Origin: a virus
Taxonomy: Duplodnaviria > Caudoviricetes
IMG/VR virus record: IMGVR_UViG_2724679462_000002
Location: 79,741 to 143,740 of that record
Reading direction: 5' to 3' (one strand)
Length of the DNA: 64,000 bases
A program made the position numbers and the translations under genes. Below are positions 1 to 8,755 of the stretch, piece after piece. The notes beneath the pieces are model-generated. The model ran no database searches. It saw only the letters and a list, made by a program, of their open reading frames with translations, and was not told where the DNA came from. Numbering within the stretch: position 1 is the stretch's first letter; each line of letters opens with the position of its first letter.

Positions 1-2
1 GA

Positions 3-674
3 GAGGTCTCGGAACTGCTGACCACGCAGTTGACCAAGGTGCGGACCGTCGTCGTCAACTTCGACCAAGAGATCCACAAGCTCGTAAAACCGGGCAGCGT
101 TCTGGGCTCCGAGGATATTTTATGCGTCATCGAGGACGCCGTGACAGCGGGCAACCGTCTGTTCGACGAGGAGTCTCTTGACACGCTGCGTGTGCTCAGC
201 GAACAAACGCCCAAGGCGAAATCCGCGGGTGTCGTTGAGCGTATTGAGGTCTTCTACCACGGGGAGCTGGAGGACATGTCGCCTTCACTCCAGAAGCTCG
301 CGGCCACATCCGATGCGGCCATGATCAAGCGTTCGCGCTCCGTGGGTAAGAAAGGCTACACCGGCAGCGTCGACGAAAGCTTCCGCGTCGAAGGCACACC
401 GCTTCAGTTGGACACCGCAGCGATTCAAATCTACCTCACTGCGGACGTGCCGGCTGGCGTGGGTGACAAGGGCGTGTTCGGCAACCAGTTGAAAACGGTG
501 TTTGGTCAGGTGATGGAGCGTGAGCTGAGAACGGAGTCCGGACTGAAGGTCGATGCGATCTTTGGCGCGAAATCCGTTGCAGACCGGATCGTGTCGTCCC
601 CGGAACTCATCGCTACTACCACGACCTTGCTCGATGTGATCGGCCAGAAGGCCGTAGAACTCTACCGGTCGTAG
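3..674 (+). CDS. Virion RNA polymerase beta-like subunit, C-terminal part (5' end outside window; phiKZ gp178-like)
   Basis: Frame is open from the window start. Motifs GVGDKGVFGNQLKTV and VDAIFGAKSVADRI match the RpoB GDK...K / D.i.....v.sR region. Lies upstream of the head protease, as in phiKZ-like phages. Confidence 0.8.
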   Translation, partial: EVSELLTTQLTKVRTVVVNFDQEIHKLVKPGSVLGSEDILCVIEDAVTAGNRLFDEESLDTLRVLSEQTPKAKSAGVVERIEVFYHGELEDMSPSLQKLAATSDAAMIKRSRSVGKKGYTGSVDESFRVEGTPLQLDTAAIQIYLTADVPAGVGDKGVFGNQLKTVFGQVMERELRTESGLKVDAIFGAKSVADRIVSSPELIATTTTLLDVIGQKAVELYRS

Positions 675-681
675 ACCCCAC

Positions 682-717
682 GGACAAACGGCGGACCTTC
701 GGGTCTGCTGTTTGTTC
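682..717 (+). terminator. Stem-loop after the vRNAP beta gene
   Basis: GACAAACGGCGGACC-TTCG-GGTCTGCTGTTTGTT hairpin with a cUUCGg tetraloop. Confidence 0.55.
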
Positions 718-750
718 AAGATTTATTCAGTCCTGCTGATAGGAATTTTC

Positions 751-939
751 ATGAAATCCAGAGAATCTGAAAAGACGCTCGTGACGCTCGCGAATGCCAC
801 GACTCTCGTGCGCACCATCGTTCAGGGCGTCCTCGGCAACGACGCCGCAGACACCTTCGGGGGCGCGCCGCTCACAACGGATGTGATCAACCAAATCGCC
901 CAGGCCAAGTTTCAGGCTGCGGTGCAACCCTACCTGTAA
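751..939 (+). CDS. Small hypothetical protein
   Basis: ATG at 751 with AGGA upstream; phage-like codon usage. Confidence 0.65.
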   Translation: MKSRESEKTLVTLANATTLVRTIVQGVLGNDAADTFGGAPLTTDVINQIAQAKFQAAVQPYL

Positions 940-954
940 AAGGACGCGAAGACC

Positions 955-2388
955 ATGTTGAACGAGAAAGTCCTGATGGCTTCGCTGCCGTTGACTGAGC
1001 GACTGGACGCGCGCGGTCTCGCGCTGTATCCGGTTTCGGGTACGCCGCTTGACGCGCTGTGCTCCTCGACCCGCTCGGACTCGGCCCTTTTCATCGCTGC
1101 CAACGGCGACCCCCGTGCGCTCATCGGCAGCATCTGCACGATGGCCAACACGACCGACCCGATGATGCAGTGCTCCGAGCACGATGCTGTTCTCGACTCG
1201 ATCGCCGAAACTGCGATCGCTGCGGTGAAAGGTCACATCGCCTTCGCCCGTACCATCGTGGCACCGGCGATCAACGATCTGTACGCCCGCGTGAAAGCAT
1301 CGCTGGCGGAGGTCAATCAGTCGTCGCTGCTGGGCATGGAAGTCGAAGTGCTGCGCGAGCCGAAGCCGCTCGACAATGGCGCCCTGCAGAGCGCCGTGCG
1401 CAAATTCGACGGTCTGTCCTTCGACAGCCCCTCGCTCACGCTGCGCCTGCCGGATCTGTCGATGGATGAGATCCGTGAACTGATGCTCTCGGGCGGTGGT
1501 GGACTGGACGCCGACATCGCTGAATGGATGGCGGAAAAGGGAGATGACTTTTTCCGTTATGTCTGGGCGAGCCTCTTCCAGCAAACCTTCCCGCGTGACG
1601 GCGACCGCGTGCGTTCGTTCGGGGAATGGGTCACCGACCGCGCACAGGGCACGGACGTGGCACTGGCCGTCTTCCTGATCGCGCGCAAGCTGAGCGATGG
1701 CAAGCCGCTCGAAGGCACTGCAATGTCGCTCTCGAGCTATCAAGGCACGATCGTCGATTTCCGCAATCAGGCCGGCGCTGCACTCTGCCGTGCGCTGGAC
1801 AAGATCGAGCGCGCGAGCAAGTCGGGTCAGCTGGTGCGCGACGTGGTCGGTACGAAGACGGTGGTGTACGAACCGGTCTATCGACGCTTCCTCGAAGAAG
1901 GCGGCACGAACGAGATGCTCTTCGCGAACGCGCTCGGGATTCCGTTTGCGACCTCGATCGAAGCAATCATGGCTCAGCGCGAACAGCTCGCCAAGCGCTG
2001 GAACACGCATGCGTCGATCACCCGCACCGCGGAATCGAACAAGCGCTTCAACATCACCAAGGATCTGCTCGATCTGCATTTCCGTGCACAACTCGCGGAA
2101 GTGACCGATGGCGAAGAAGCGACCGCGAACAACCGCGAAACCGTGCTGCGTCTGTTCAAGGAATGCCTCGCCAAGCTGCGCGAGAGCGACCTGAACGATC
2201 TCTACAGTGCATGCCTGATCCTCGTGTGCCGTGCTCGCTTCTTCAAGACGGACGCTGAACGCATCCTCGTCGGCATCGAGCAAGCAAAGTGCGAGAACCC
2301 GGACATCTCCGTGCGTGAAGCGGCAGCAGCCAGTGTCCTGAACTACATCGCTTACTGGGTCGGCACGCAACTTAAGGTAGTCGGCTAA
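955..2388 (+). CDS. Hypothetical protein, probably virion/head-associated
   Basis: 477-aa ORF with AAGGA RBS, in an operon with the vRNAP subunit and protease. Confidence 0.75.
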   Translation: MLNEKVLMASLPLTERLDARGLALYPVSGTPLDALCSSTRSDSALFIAANGDPRALIGSICTMANTTDPMMQCSEHDAVLDSIAETAIAAVKGHIAFARTIVAPAINDLYARVKASLAEVNQSSLLGMEVEVLREPKPLDNGALQSAVRKFDGLSFDSPSLTLRLPDLSMDEIRELMLSGGGGLDADIAEWMAEKGDDFFRYVWASLFQQTFPRDGDRVRSFGEWVTDRAQGTDVALAVFLIARKLSDGKPLEGTAMSLSSYQGTIVDFRNQAGAALCRALDKIERASKSGQLVRDVVGTKTVVYEPVYRRFLEEGGTNEMLFANALGIPFATSIEAIMAQREQLAKRWNTHASITRTAESNKRFNITKDLLDLHFRAQLAEVTDGEEATANNRETVLRLFKECLAKLRESDLNDLYSACLILVCRARFFKTDAERILVGIEQAKCENPDISVREAAAASVLNYIAYWVGTQLKVVG

Positions 2389-2417
2389 GCGCGCATCTTT
2401 CTGTTTCTTGTGAGGAC

Positions 2418-3146
2418 GTGATGGATCCGAAAACTCTTATCAGAGACCCTGAACGGGTCAAAAGCGCTCTCCGGGAAACGGAAGAAGGTCAGCTCATCGC
2501 CAAGGAACCGGTGAAGATCTACATTCCAACCCGGTTCGCTGAGCGAGGACTGGCCTCGATCGGGATCGAGACGTACATCTACGGCATCTATGCAATGACT
2601 GTCGAAGACAGCTATTACGCGGTGTCGTTGGTGAACGCACTCATCCGGATCGAACCCACCTCGATGATGAAGATCATGATCGACGAGGACGAATACTTCG
2701 AGTTCGAATTCGAGAAGGGCGCGGTGATTACACCGACCCTTGATCTCGTGAAGACCGACACGCTTGTGTACAAAGTCTACAAGGAGATTATCGAAGGCGG
2801 CCATACGCCTTGGTACCTAGGCTACAACGAGATGGCCCGGATCTTCGACACGGCGCGCTACCACGCCGGGGCAAACGTGGGCGGCAACCACGAAGTCACT
2901 GAGTTGCTTGTCTCGATCATCGCGCGCAATCCAAAGAACCGCCATGAGTACTACCGCACGACGGTCAACGACATGCGGGAGCTCGAAACCAACAAGCCGG
3001 TCTTCATTCCGCTGCGCTCAGTCGAGTACGCAGCGAGCAACACCCTCAGCAAGCTCGCGGGCAGCTACTTCAGTCGCGGTGTCGTCAGTGCTCTGGTCTC
3101 CCCCTCTGAGCGCGTCGAGCGACTGGACCAGCTACTGACAAGTTGA
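2418..3146 (+). CDS. Putative virion RNAP small subunit (beta' extreme C-terminal fragment; phiKZ gp176-like)
   Basis: NVGGNHEVTELLVSIIAR ... FIPLRSVEYAASNTLSKLAGSYFSRGVVSAL resembles the RpoC C-terminal blocks (INDKHIEVIVRQM ... GITKASLATESFISAASFQ); directly upstream of the protease. Confidence 0.5.
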   Translation: MMDPKTLIRDPERVKSALRETEEGQLIAKEPVKIYIPTRFAERGLASIGIETYIYGIYAMTVEDSYYAVSLVNALIRIEPTSMMKIMIDEDEYFEFEFEKGAVITPTLDLVKTDTLVYKVYKEIIEGGHTPWYLGYNEMARIFDTARYHAGANVGGNHEVTELLVSIIARNPKNRHEYYRTTVNDMRELETNKPVFIPLRSVEYAASNTLSKLAGSYFSRGVVSALVSPSERVERLDQLLTS

Positions 3147-3180
3147 GCGGCAACCCTTTTCTTAGAACGAGAACCGCATC

Positions 3181-3939
3181 ATGGGTAACAACTACATCCG
3201 CTTCGGTTTCACGGCGCTCAACGGCACGAACAAGGCTGGCGATCTGCGACCGGACGAAGACGGCTACTACGAGGTGGTGCTGGGTGGGCTGGATGTGTAT
3301 AACTCCGCCGACCAGTTCTATCCGTACGAGCCCGCTAAGGAACTCTTCACCAGCTCCAGCCAGCTGATGCGACGCGTAGCCAACGGCGCGTTGCGCGGCG
3401 AATACGGGCATCCCAAGATGGTGCCGGGCCAGAGCTACGACTCGTACGCTCAGCGCATCCTGTCGATCTACGAAGGCGACGTGTCCCACCACATCAGGGA
3501 GATCACGCTGGACTTCGACCGCATCCGCGATCCGCAAGGCCGCAAGTGCATCGCGATCGTCGGTAAAGTTTGCCCGAGTGGTCCGAAGGGTGACGCGCTG
3601 CGTCGCTCGCTCGAGAACAAGAACGAGAACGTCTGCTTCTCGATCCGTGCCTTCACGCGCGACGATCAGGTCGGTCGCACGACGCACCGCGTGCTCAAGA
3701 ATATCGTGACGTGGGACTACGTGAACGAGCCGGGCATTGCGATCGCCAACAAGTTCAAGTCGCCGGCGCTCGAGGAGATCGCCGAATCGATGTTCTCGCG
3801 TCGCCATCTGGAAGGTGCGCAGCGGGCGTCCGCACAAGGTATCGCTCAAGAATCGGTTCGCCTCAACGTTCAAGAGCTGTTCCAAGCTTGCGGATGGGCG
3901 TCGGACAACGGTAACAAGCCCGCCTACCTGAACTGGTAA
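3181..3939 (+). CDS. Prohead/head maturation protease (phiKZ gp175-like, T4 gp21 family)
   Basis: LRGEYGHP (catalytic His), VSHHI, FSIRA (catalytic Ser) and TWDYVNEPG motifs. Confidence 0.85.
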   Translation: MGNNYIRFGFTALNGTNKAGDLRPDEDGYYEVVLGGLDVYNSADQFYPYEPAKELFTSSSQLMRRVANGALRGEYGHPKMVPGQSYDSYAQRILSIYEGDVSHHIREITLDFDRIRDPQGRKCIAIVGKVCPSGPKGDALRRSLENKNENVCFSIRAFTRDDQVGRTTHRVLKNIVTWDYVNEPGIAIANKFKSPALEEIAESMFSRRHLEGAQRASAQGIAQESVRLNVQELFQACGWASDNGNKPAYLNW

Positions 3940-4117
3940 GGAACTAACCGATGTGTCCCTGATGCGGAAGTTTCATGCTCGCGGAGCATGAGGGCGGCTG
4001 GTGGTGCTGCATGAACTGCGGCAACAACTGGAAGGAATAGTCGACGTACATACGCCAGCAGGGGTGACCTGCTGGCGCTTATGCCGTCTGCTTACCTGAT
4101 TGAAACCGAAAACAAAC

Positions 4118-4126
4118 ACATATCAC
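4118..4126 (+). promoter_or_regulatory. Phage promoter motif ACATATCAC
   Basis: One of six exact AyATATCAC copies, all intergenic and upstream of + strand genes. Confidence 0.65.
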
Positions 4127-4228
4127 TAACTTGAACCTGGAACCCCAGAGTTCTAAAGGAATCTGGGGAATTTTTACGTCGGTAACCCCTTGTTATGGCT
4201 AGAACCAAACCGGAAATCAATTAGCTCT

Positions 4229-4762
4229 ATGAACATGGAAAACCGCGATGAGATTCGCCTGCAATTCAAAGGCGAAGAGTATCTCGTGAAAACGCTCATT
4301 GGCCTGATGCGTCAGGCTCCCGTAATTGAAGTCAAACCCGAAGATCTGAATCCGATCGATCCGACAGGTGCCGACTCCCAGAATTTCGGTGTATGCTACG
4401 CGCCTGCTGCACCGGAGCTGCAATACGGGGAAATCGCCTTCTTCAAGCAGGAAGGCAAGTACACGGTTTTGCTTGGCAAGAGTTCCGTGCAGAAGGCGTT
4501 CGAGCAAGGCGCTGCTACCGTCAAGGGCCGCCTCATCTCCTCGCCAGGGCTGAAGAAGATTCGGATCATTACCAGCTCTCCCTCTGAAGTGGTTGTGCCA
4601 TCCACGCAACAGATCCGCAGTTCGGAGTATTTCCAGCGCGACAACAGCAACAGACCCTATCGGAGCGAACGCCCGCCTCGGGAAGGCGCGCGGCCGTACT
4701 CCAATCGTTACAACCCGAATTCAAACGGCGCCGGCACGCGGAGGGACTTTCACAAGTCGTAA
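4229..4762 (+). CDS. Hypothetical protein with R/N/P-rich C-terminal tail
   Basis: ORF downstream of the promoter motif; start codon uncertain. Confidence 0.65.
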   Translation: MNMENRDEIRLQFKGEEYLVKTLIGLMRQAPVIEVKPEDLNPIDPTGADSQNFGVCYAPAAPELQYGEIAFFKQEGKYTVLLGKSSVQKAFEQGAATVKGRLISSPGLKKIRIITSSPSEVVVPSTQQIRSSEYFQRDNSNRPYRSERPPREGARPYSNRYNPNSNGAGTRRDFHKS

Positions 4763-4856
4763 TGGCTCGCCGCCTGTAATTCGCCTCCTAAAACCATCGC
4801 CCCGATACCCGGGGCCATAAGCATTATCACAAACGTAAAATAAGGAATCTGTAATC

Positions 4857-5381
4857 ATGACCACGACCACCGACATCAAGTTCAAGCCGACCACGACGGA
4901 ACTGTCCGCCGAGATCAAGAAGGAAATGAAGCTCGACCCGAAGACCGGCGTCGGTACCGTGACGGAAAACTGGTACGTCGACAACCTCGGTCGCGCGGTG
5001 CCGGAAGACATCAAGGCGAAGTACCCGGGCATCGAGGCCGACGTGGTACCGATCATCAAGGGCGTGCAGGATCACAACACGATGGTCGCGGCCGCCGCGG
5101 GCCTCGCGTTCGGCCAGCTCTCCGAGCACGTGCTGAAGAGCAACAAGGAAATCGAGCGCACCACGCTCGACCTGCCGACGATCGGCAAGGACGGCTTCGA
5201 CTTCACGTACGACAAGACGCGCCAAGTTCCGGACCGCACGGCAGACGGCACGGTCGGCACGAAGACGGTTCACGGCTCGCTGCGCGTTGGCTATCGCACC
5301 TACGGCACGAAGAGCCGCGGCGAACTCATGAAGGTCAAGGAGCAGCTCGCGATCGACGCTGCGAAGGTGTTCGGCAGCTAA
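4857..5381 (+). CDS. Hypothetical protein, probably highly expressed
   Basis: TAAGGA RBS, strongly biased codons, followed by an intrinsic terminator. Confidence 0.8.
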   Translation: MTTTTDIKFKPTTTELSAEIKKEMKLDPKTGVGTVTENWYVDNLGRAVPEDIKAKYPGIEADVVPIIKGVQDHNTMVAAAAGLAFGQLSEHVLKSNKEIERTTLDLPTIGKDGFDFTYDKTRQVPDRTADGTVGTKTVHGSLRVGYRTYGTKSRGELMKVKEQLAIDAAKVFGS

Positions 5382-5412
5382 GCACTCTCAGCGGTATCGT
5401 TTCGAAGACGAG

Positions 5413-5446
5413 AAAACCCCTGCCTTCGGGCGGGGGTTTTTTATTT
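5413..5446 (+). terminator. Rho-independent terminator
   Basis: AAAACCCCTGCC-TTCG-GGCGGGGGTTTT followed by a T-rich run. Confidence 0.8.
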
Positions 5447-5474
5447 CCCCTTCTTTTGTTACTGCGAAGACGGC

Positions 5475-6692
5475 ATGACTGAACAGCAAGACAAGGCATA
5501 CGTCTACATCTTCCACAACCCTGAGACAGGCGATGTCAACGTAGGGAGTACAAAAGACGAAAAGTACCGCCAACGCAAACACCTTTCTGCGTTGAGAGGC
5601 GCTCGACACAGCAACTACAAATTTCAAAGATGCTACGCCAGGAAACCAAACTTCGAATTTGTGTCAATGGAAGTACCCGATCGGGATACCGCCCTCGCGC
5701 TCGAGCAATCGATCATTGACGAGTTTTACGGCTCACCATCCTTCTTGAACATTTCGAAAGACGCGGCTTACTGCAACGTGTGGCAGTCCCCTGCTTCAAT
5801 CGAACGAATGCGCAAGGCACTGACTGGGCGAAAACTATCTGCTGAACATATTGAGAAGTCGCGCCAAGGACTTCTTCGCCTCAACAGAAAGATGAGCGCG
5901 GAGCAGAAGGAACGCCTGCGGGAATGCTTCAAAGGCATTCCTTTGTCTGCAGCAACGAAAGCCAAGCTCTCTATAAGCGGCAAGGCTCGATTCGACGATC
6001 CGCTAGAACGGCTGAAAATCAGCGTAGGCCATCGCGGTAAGCTTCTAAGCGCGGAACATCGCGCGAAACTCAGTCTTGTTGCACGCGGTCGAAAAGACAC
6101 GGACGCGAAGAGGCTGAACATGCGACGCGGTAACGCATATCGATCAAAAAGCGTTCTAATCGACGGTACAACATACCGGACCTTAGCCGAAGCGGCGGAG
6201 GCACTCGGAGTGCACAAGACCACAATTACCAACCGTATCAAGGCCGGCCTGTACCAGGGGGCAGAACAACAGGATTCATCGATGCACCGCAAGATGACGA
6301 TCTGGACAATACAGCTGTCCAAGTGGCGATTAGCACGAGAACTCGGCATTCATCTCATCGACTGTACCGCTCGCTCGGGCATTTCCGCGTTTGCCCCACT
6401 CTTCGACGACGTCATGGCGTACAAGCGCGGCGTGCTCAGTGAGGAGCAATACACCAAACGTTACCTCGCACGGATGCGTCACTCGCGACGGGAACAATCC
6501 AAGGAATGGGAACGCGTCAAAACCCTGCCGGAAAGGATCGCCCTCGCGTGCTATTGCAAGGCCGGGGTCTTCTGCCATCGCCATCTCTTCCGAGACTTGC
6601 TCAGCGACTATCTCAAGGACGCCCAGTTCGAGGTGAAGTGCGCGGGCGAGCTCATCTCCTCGATCCCTCCACACGTAAAAGCAGAAGCATGA
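5475..6692 (+). CDS. GIY-YIG homing endonuclease (NUMOD3 repeats, HTH) fused in frame to a DUF488-like domain
   Basis: N-terminus YVY...NVGST...R..H...E...N; repeats such as KLSAEHIEK, KMSAEQKER, LSAATKAKLS; IDGTTYRTLAEAAEALG HTH; C-terminus IALACYC...FCHRHL typical of DUF488. Confidence 0.75.
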   Translation: MTEQQDKAYVYIFHNPETGDVNVGSTKDEKYRQRKHLSALRGARHSNYKFQRCYARKPNFEFVSMEVPDRDTALALEQSIIDEFYGSPSFLNISKDAAYCNVWQSPASIERMRKALTGRKLSAEHIEKSRQGLLRLNRKMSAEQKERLRECFKGIPLSAATKAKLSISGKARFDDPLERLKISVGHRGKLLSAEHRAKLSLVARGRKDTDAKRLNMRRGNAYRSKSVLIDGTTYRTLAEAAEALGVHKTTITNRIKAGLYQGAEQQDSSMHRKMTIWTIQLSKWRLARELGIHLIDCTARSGISAFAPLFDDVMAYKRGVLSEEQYTKRYLARMRHSRREQSKEWERVKTLPERIALACYCKAGVFCHRHLFRDLLSDYLKDAQFEVKCAGELISSIPPHVKAEA

Positions 6693-6964
6693 ATACGCTG
6701 GCAATCTTCGCAGGCTTCGCCCTCTTTCTTCCCTTCTATTTCTTAGTCGGGCTTTTCTGGCTCCGGTGCAATCCCGAAGTCGTTCGCATCATTCGGCGCA
6801 CGGCCGGGAGCGACCTGGTGTTCACCATTTCCTCGCTTGTCTTGGCGATCCTGTGGCCGGTCTGGTCAATCTACATCGGCATGGCGTACATTCGCGGTAT
6901 GCTGCGAATCATTCGTGAACAACGCGCGGTGAAGCACGATGAGTCACGTCCCGACGCCACTTGA
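6689..6964 (+). CDS. Small membrane protein (2 TM)
   Basis: ATGA overlap with the upstream stop; two hydrophobic segments. Confidence 0.65.
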   Translation: MNTLAIFAGFALFLPFYFLVGLFWLRCNPEVVRIIRRTAGSDLVFTISSLVLAILWPVWSIYIGMAYIRGMLRIIREQRAVKHDESRPDAT

Positions 6965-6991
6965 GCACGCTGACTTTTTTAAGGAGCGCAC

Positions 6992-7216
6992 ATGAACGGT
7001 TTCATTCTCATCCTCTCGGTCGTCTGGCAGTTTACGCAAGGCGGACCTACCGGCGGGGCGGCCGCCAACTACACGACCGCGACGTTTGCTGACGAGTCTG
7101 CGTGCAAGAAAGCCGGCGAAGCGGCACGGGCGATGGTCTATAGAGAGTTTGCACGCGGGGCCAAGACCCCTCATGTAAATTTCATTTGCGTTCCCCAAGT
7201 GAGCAAATCCGAATGA
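6992..7216 (+). CDS. Small hypothetical protein with hydrophobic N-terminus and two Cys
   Basis: TAAGGAG RBS. Confidence 0.7.
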   Translation: MNGFILILSVVWQFTQGGPTGGAAANYTTATFADESACKKAGEAARAMVYREFARGAKTPHVNFICVPQVSKSE

Positions 7217-7599
7217 CCATACGCGTGGAAGGACAAATCGTTCCGACGTTGCCCGGACAAACCGCCCTGCTCTTGAAGTTGGACACGCAGCGCGGGATGA
7301 CTGTCAACCAATCAGCTCTCCAGCGCGCACAAGGTCTACTGTCACGCCTGCCCGCTGTCATGATGAGCGGTGAAATCAGTCCGAACGTGGATGGATCGCT
7401 CGCGATGCAATGGGTGCGAAAAGACGACAAGCTCGATGTCGATTTGCGACTGAAGTGCTTGCCCTTCGGAGGCGTTCAATACGCGTACATCGTCGAGGGA
7501 TCGGATGGCGGTCAAGCTGGAGGCATCCTGAAGCCCCACCAGTCCGACGACGAGGTTATCTGGATCGTGAGACATGTCGTTGCGATGCTGACGCCTTAG
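7213..7599 (+). CDS. Hypothetical protein
   Basis: ATGA overlap; resembles the 38048..38521 product. Confidence 0.65.
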   Translation: MTIRVEGQIVPTLPGQTALLLKLDTQRGMTVNQSALQRAQGLLSRLPAVMMSGEISPNVDGSLAMQWVRKDDKLDVDLRLKCLPFGGVQYAYIVEGSDGGQAGGILKPHQSDDEVIWIVRHVVAMLTP

Positions 7600-7634
7600 C
7601 CCCGCCCGGCCAACCCCTACGCCGCCGAACTAAC

Positions 7635-7693
7635 GGCATAAAAGCCCAAGCCTCCTTGCGGGGGCTTGGGCCTTATGACGGTCCTTATTTTTT
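7635..7693. terminator. Bidirectional terminator between convergent genes (GGCATAA-type hairpin)
   Basis: GCCCAAGCCTCC-TTGC-GGGGGCTTGGGC stem flanked by GGCATAA/TTATGAC, with a downstream T run. Confidence 0.7.
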
Positions 7694-7717
7694 TGGCTGG
7701 AAACAGCCAAAATGACC

Positions 7718-8692
7718 TTAGGCGAGGATCGTGTCGCTCGGAACGGCCGAGACCGAGTCCTGAGCCGAGATCACCATATCCGCCGAGATGCTGATGCCGG
7801 TGCCGATCGCCGAGGTCGGGCTGACCTGGTTGACCGCGATCTGCGCGACTTCGTTCTGGTAGCCGGTCGTCGTTGCTGCGACGTTCGGATCGATCTGCTG
7901 AGCGAAGGCGTTCTCGGTGTACGGGTTCGCGTTTGCGATGCTGATCGACGTGAGCAGCTGCTGCGCGAATGCGTCGACGCCCAGTCCGTACTGGGCGATA
8001 CCCGCGTACGTGATGTTGAGGTCGAGCTTGTCGCCCTGCGCCGTGATGTCACGCGAGCCAACGATGTCGCCCGTCGAGAGGGGGAACATGTTCGTCACGA
8101 GCCACGACTTCACGACACGGGTGTGCGTCGGATCCGGTTCGATGAAGATCATCGTGGCCGAATACATGTCAGCCAGCATGTCAGGCGGCGGACCGTACGT
8201 CGAGCCCGAACCGAGCGTCGCAACGTTCGCGAACTTCGTGTCCGGGTCCATCAGCAGGTTCGTGATCCAGCCTTGGTGGAACATCGAGACGGGCATGCCG
8301 TACTTTTCGTTCCACGTGAACTGCGGCTGCGAACGTTCGCGTGTAACGTTCACGACGTCCTGCTGCATGTTCCCGCCACCGCCGACCGGCGTTTCTGCCG
8401 TTTCGACCGTGAGGTGTGCGTTCAGACCTTCGATGCGAATCGCGTGCAGCTCAACCAACGCCCGCAGCGTGCCGACCCAAACGTCCGGGTTGGGCAGATA
8501 CTGGAAGCCAAGCGGCGCTTCGATCAGCAAGCAGATCAGGTTCTTACGAATGTACTGCTGGTTGTTCACCCACTGCGTGTAGTTCGGGGTGAAGCCCATC
8601 TGACCGCCATACTGGAGGTCCACCATGGGGTTGTTGTGACCCTGCGCGAACGCTGTCGTGTTCTGCAGAATCGCGTTTGCGATACGACCCAT
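7718..8692 (-). CDS. Tail tube protein (phiKZ gp30-like)
   Basis: 324 aa, directly downstream of the sheath gene; WLVTNMFPLSTG motif typical of myovirus tube proteins; AGGAG RBS. Confidence 0.75.
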   Translation of the reverse strand: MGRIANAILQNTTAFAQGHNNPMVDLQYGGQMGFTPNYTQWVNNQQYIRKNLICLLIEAPLGFQYLPNPDVWVGTLRALVELHAIRIEGLNAHLTVETAETPVGGGGNMQQDVVNVTRERSQPQFTWNEKYGMPVSMFHQGWITNLLMDPDTKFANVATLGSGSTYGPPPDMLADMYSATMIFIEPDPTHTRVVKSWLVTNMFPLSTGDIVGSRDITAQGDKLDLNITYAGIAQYGLGVDAFAQQLLTSISIANANPYTENAFAQQIDPNVAATTTGYQNEVAQIAVNQVSPTSAIGTGISISADMVISAQDSVSAVPSDTILA

Positions 8693-8755
8693 GTTTCATT
8701 CTCCTGAAGGCCAGCCGGACCCACGCTCACGCGGAACCGGTCATGGCATGGGTGG

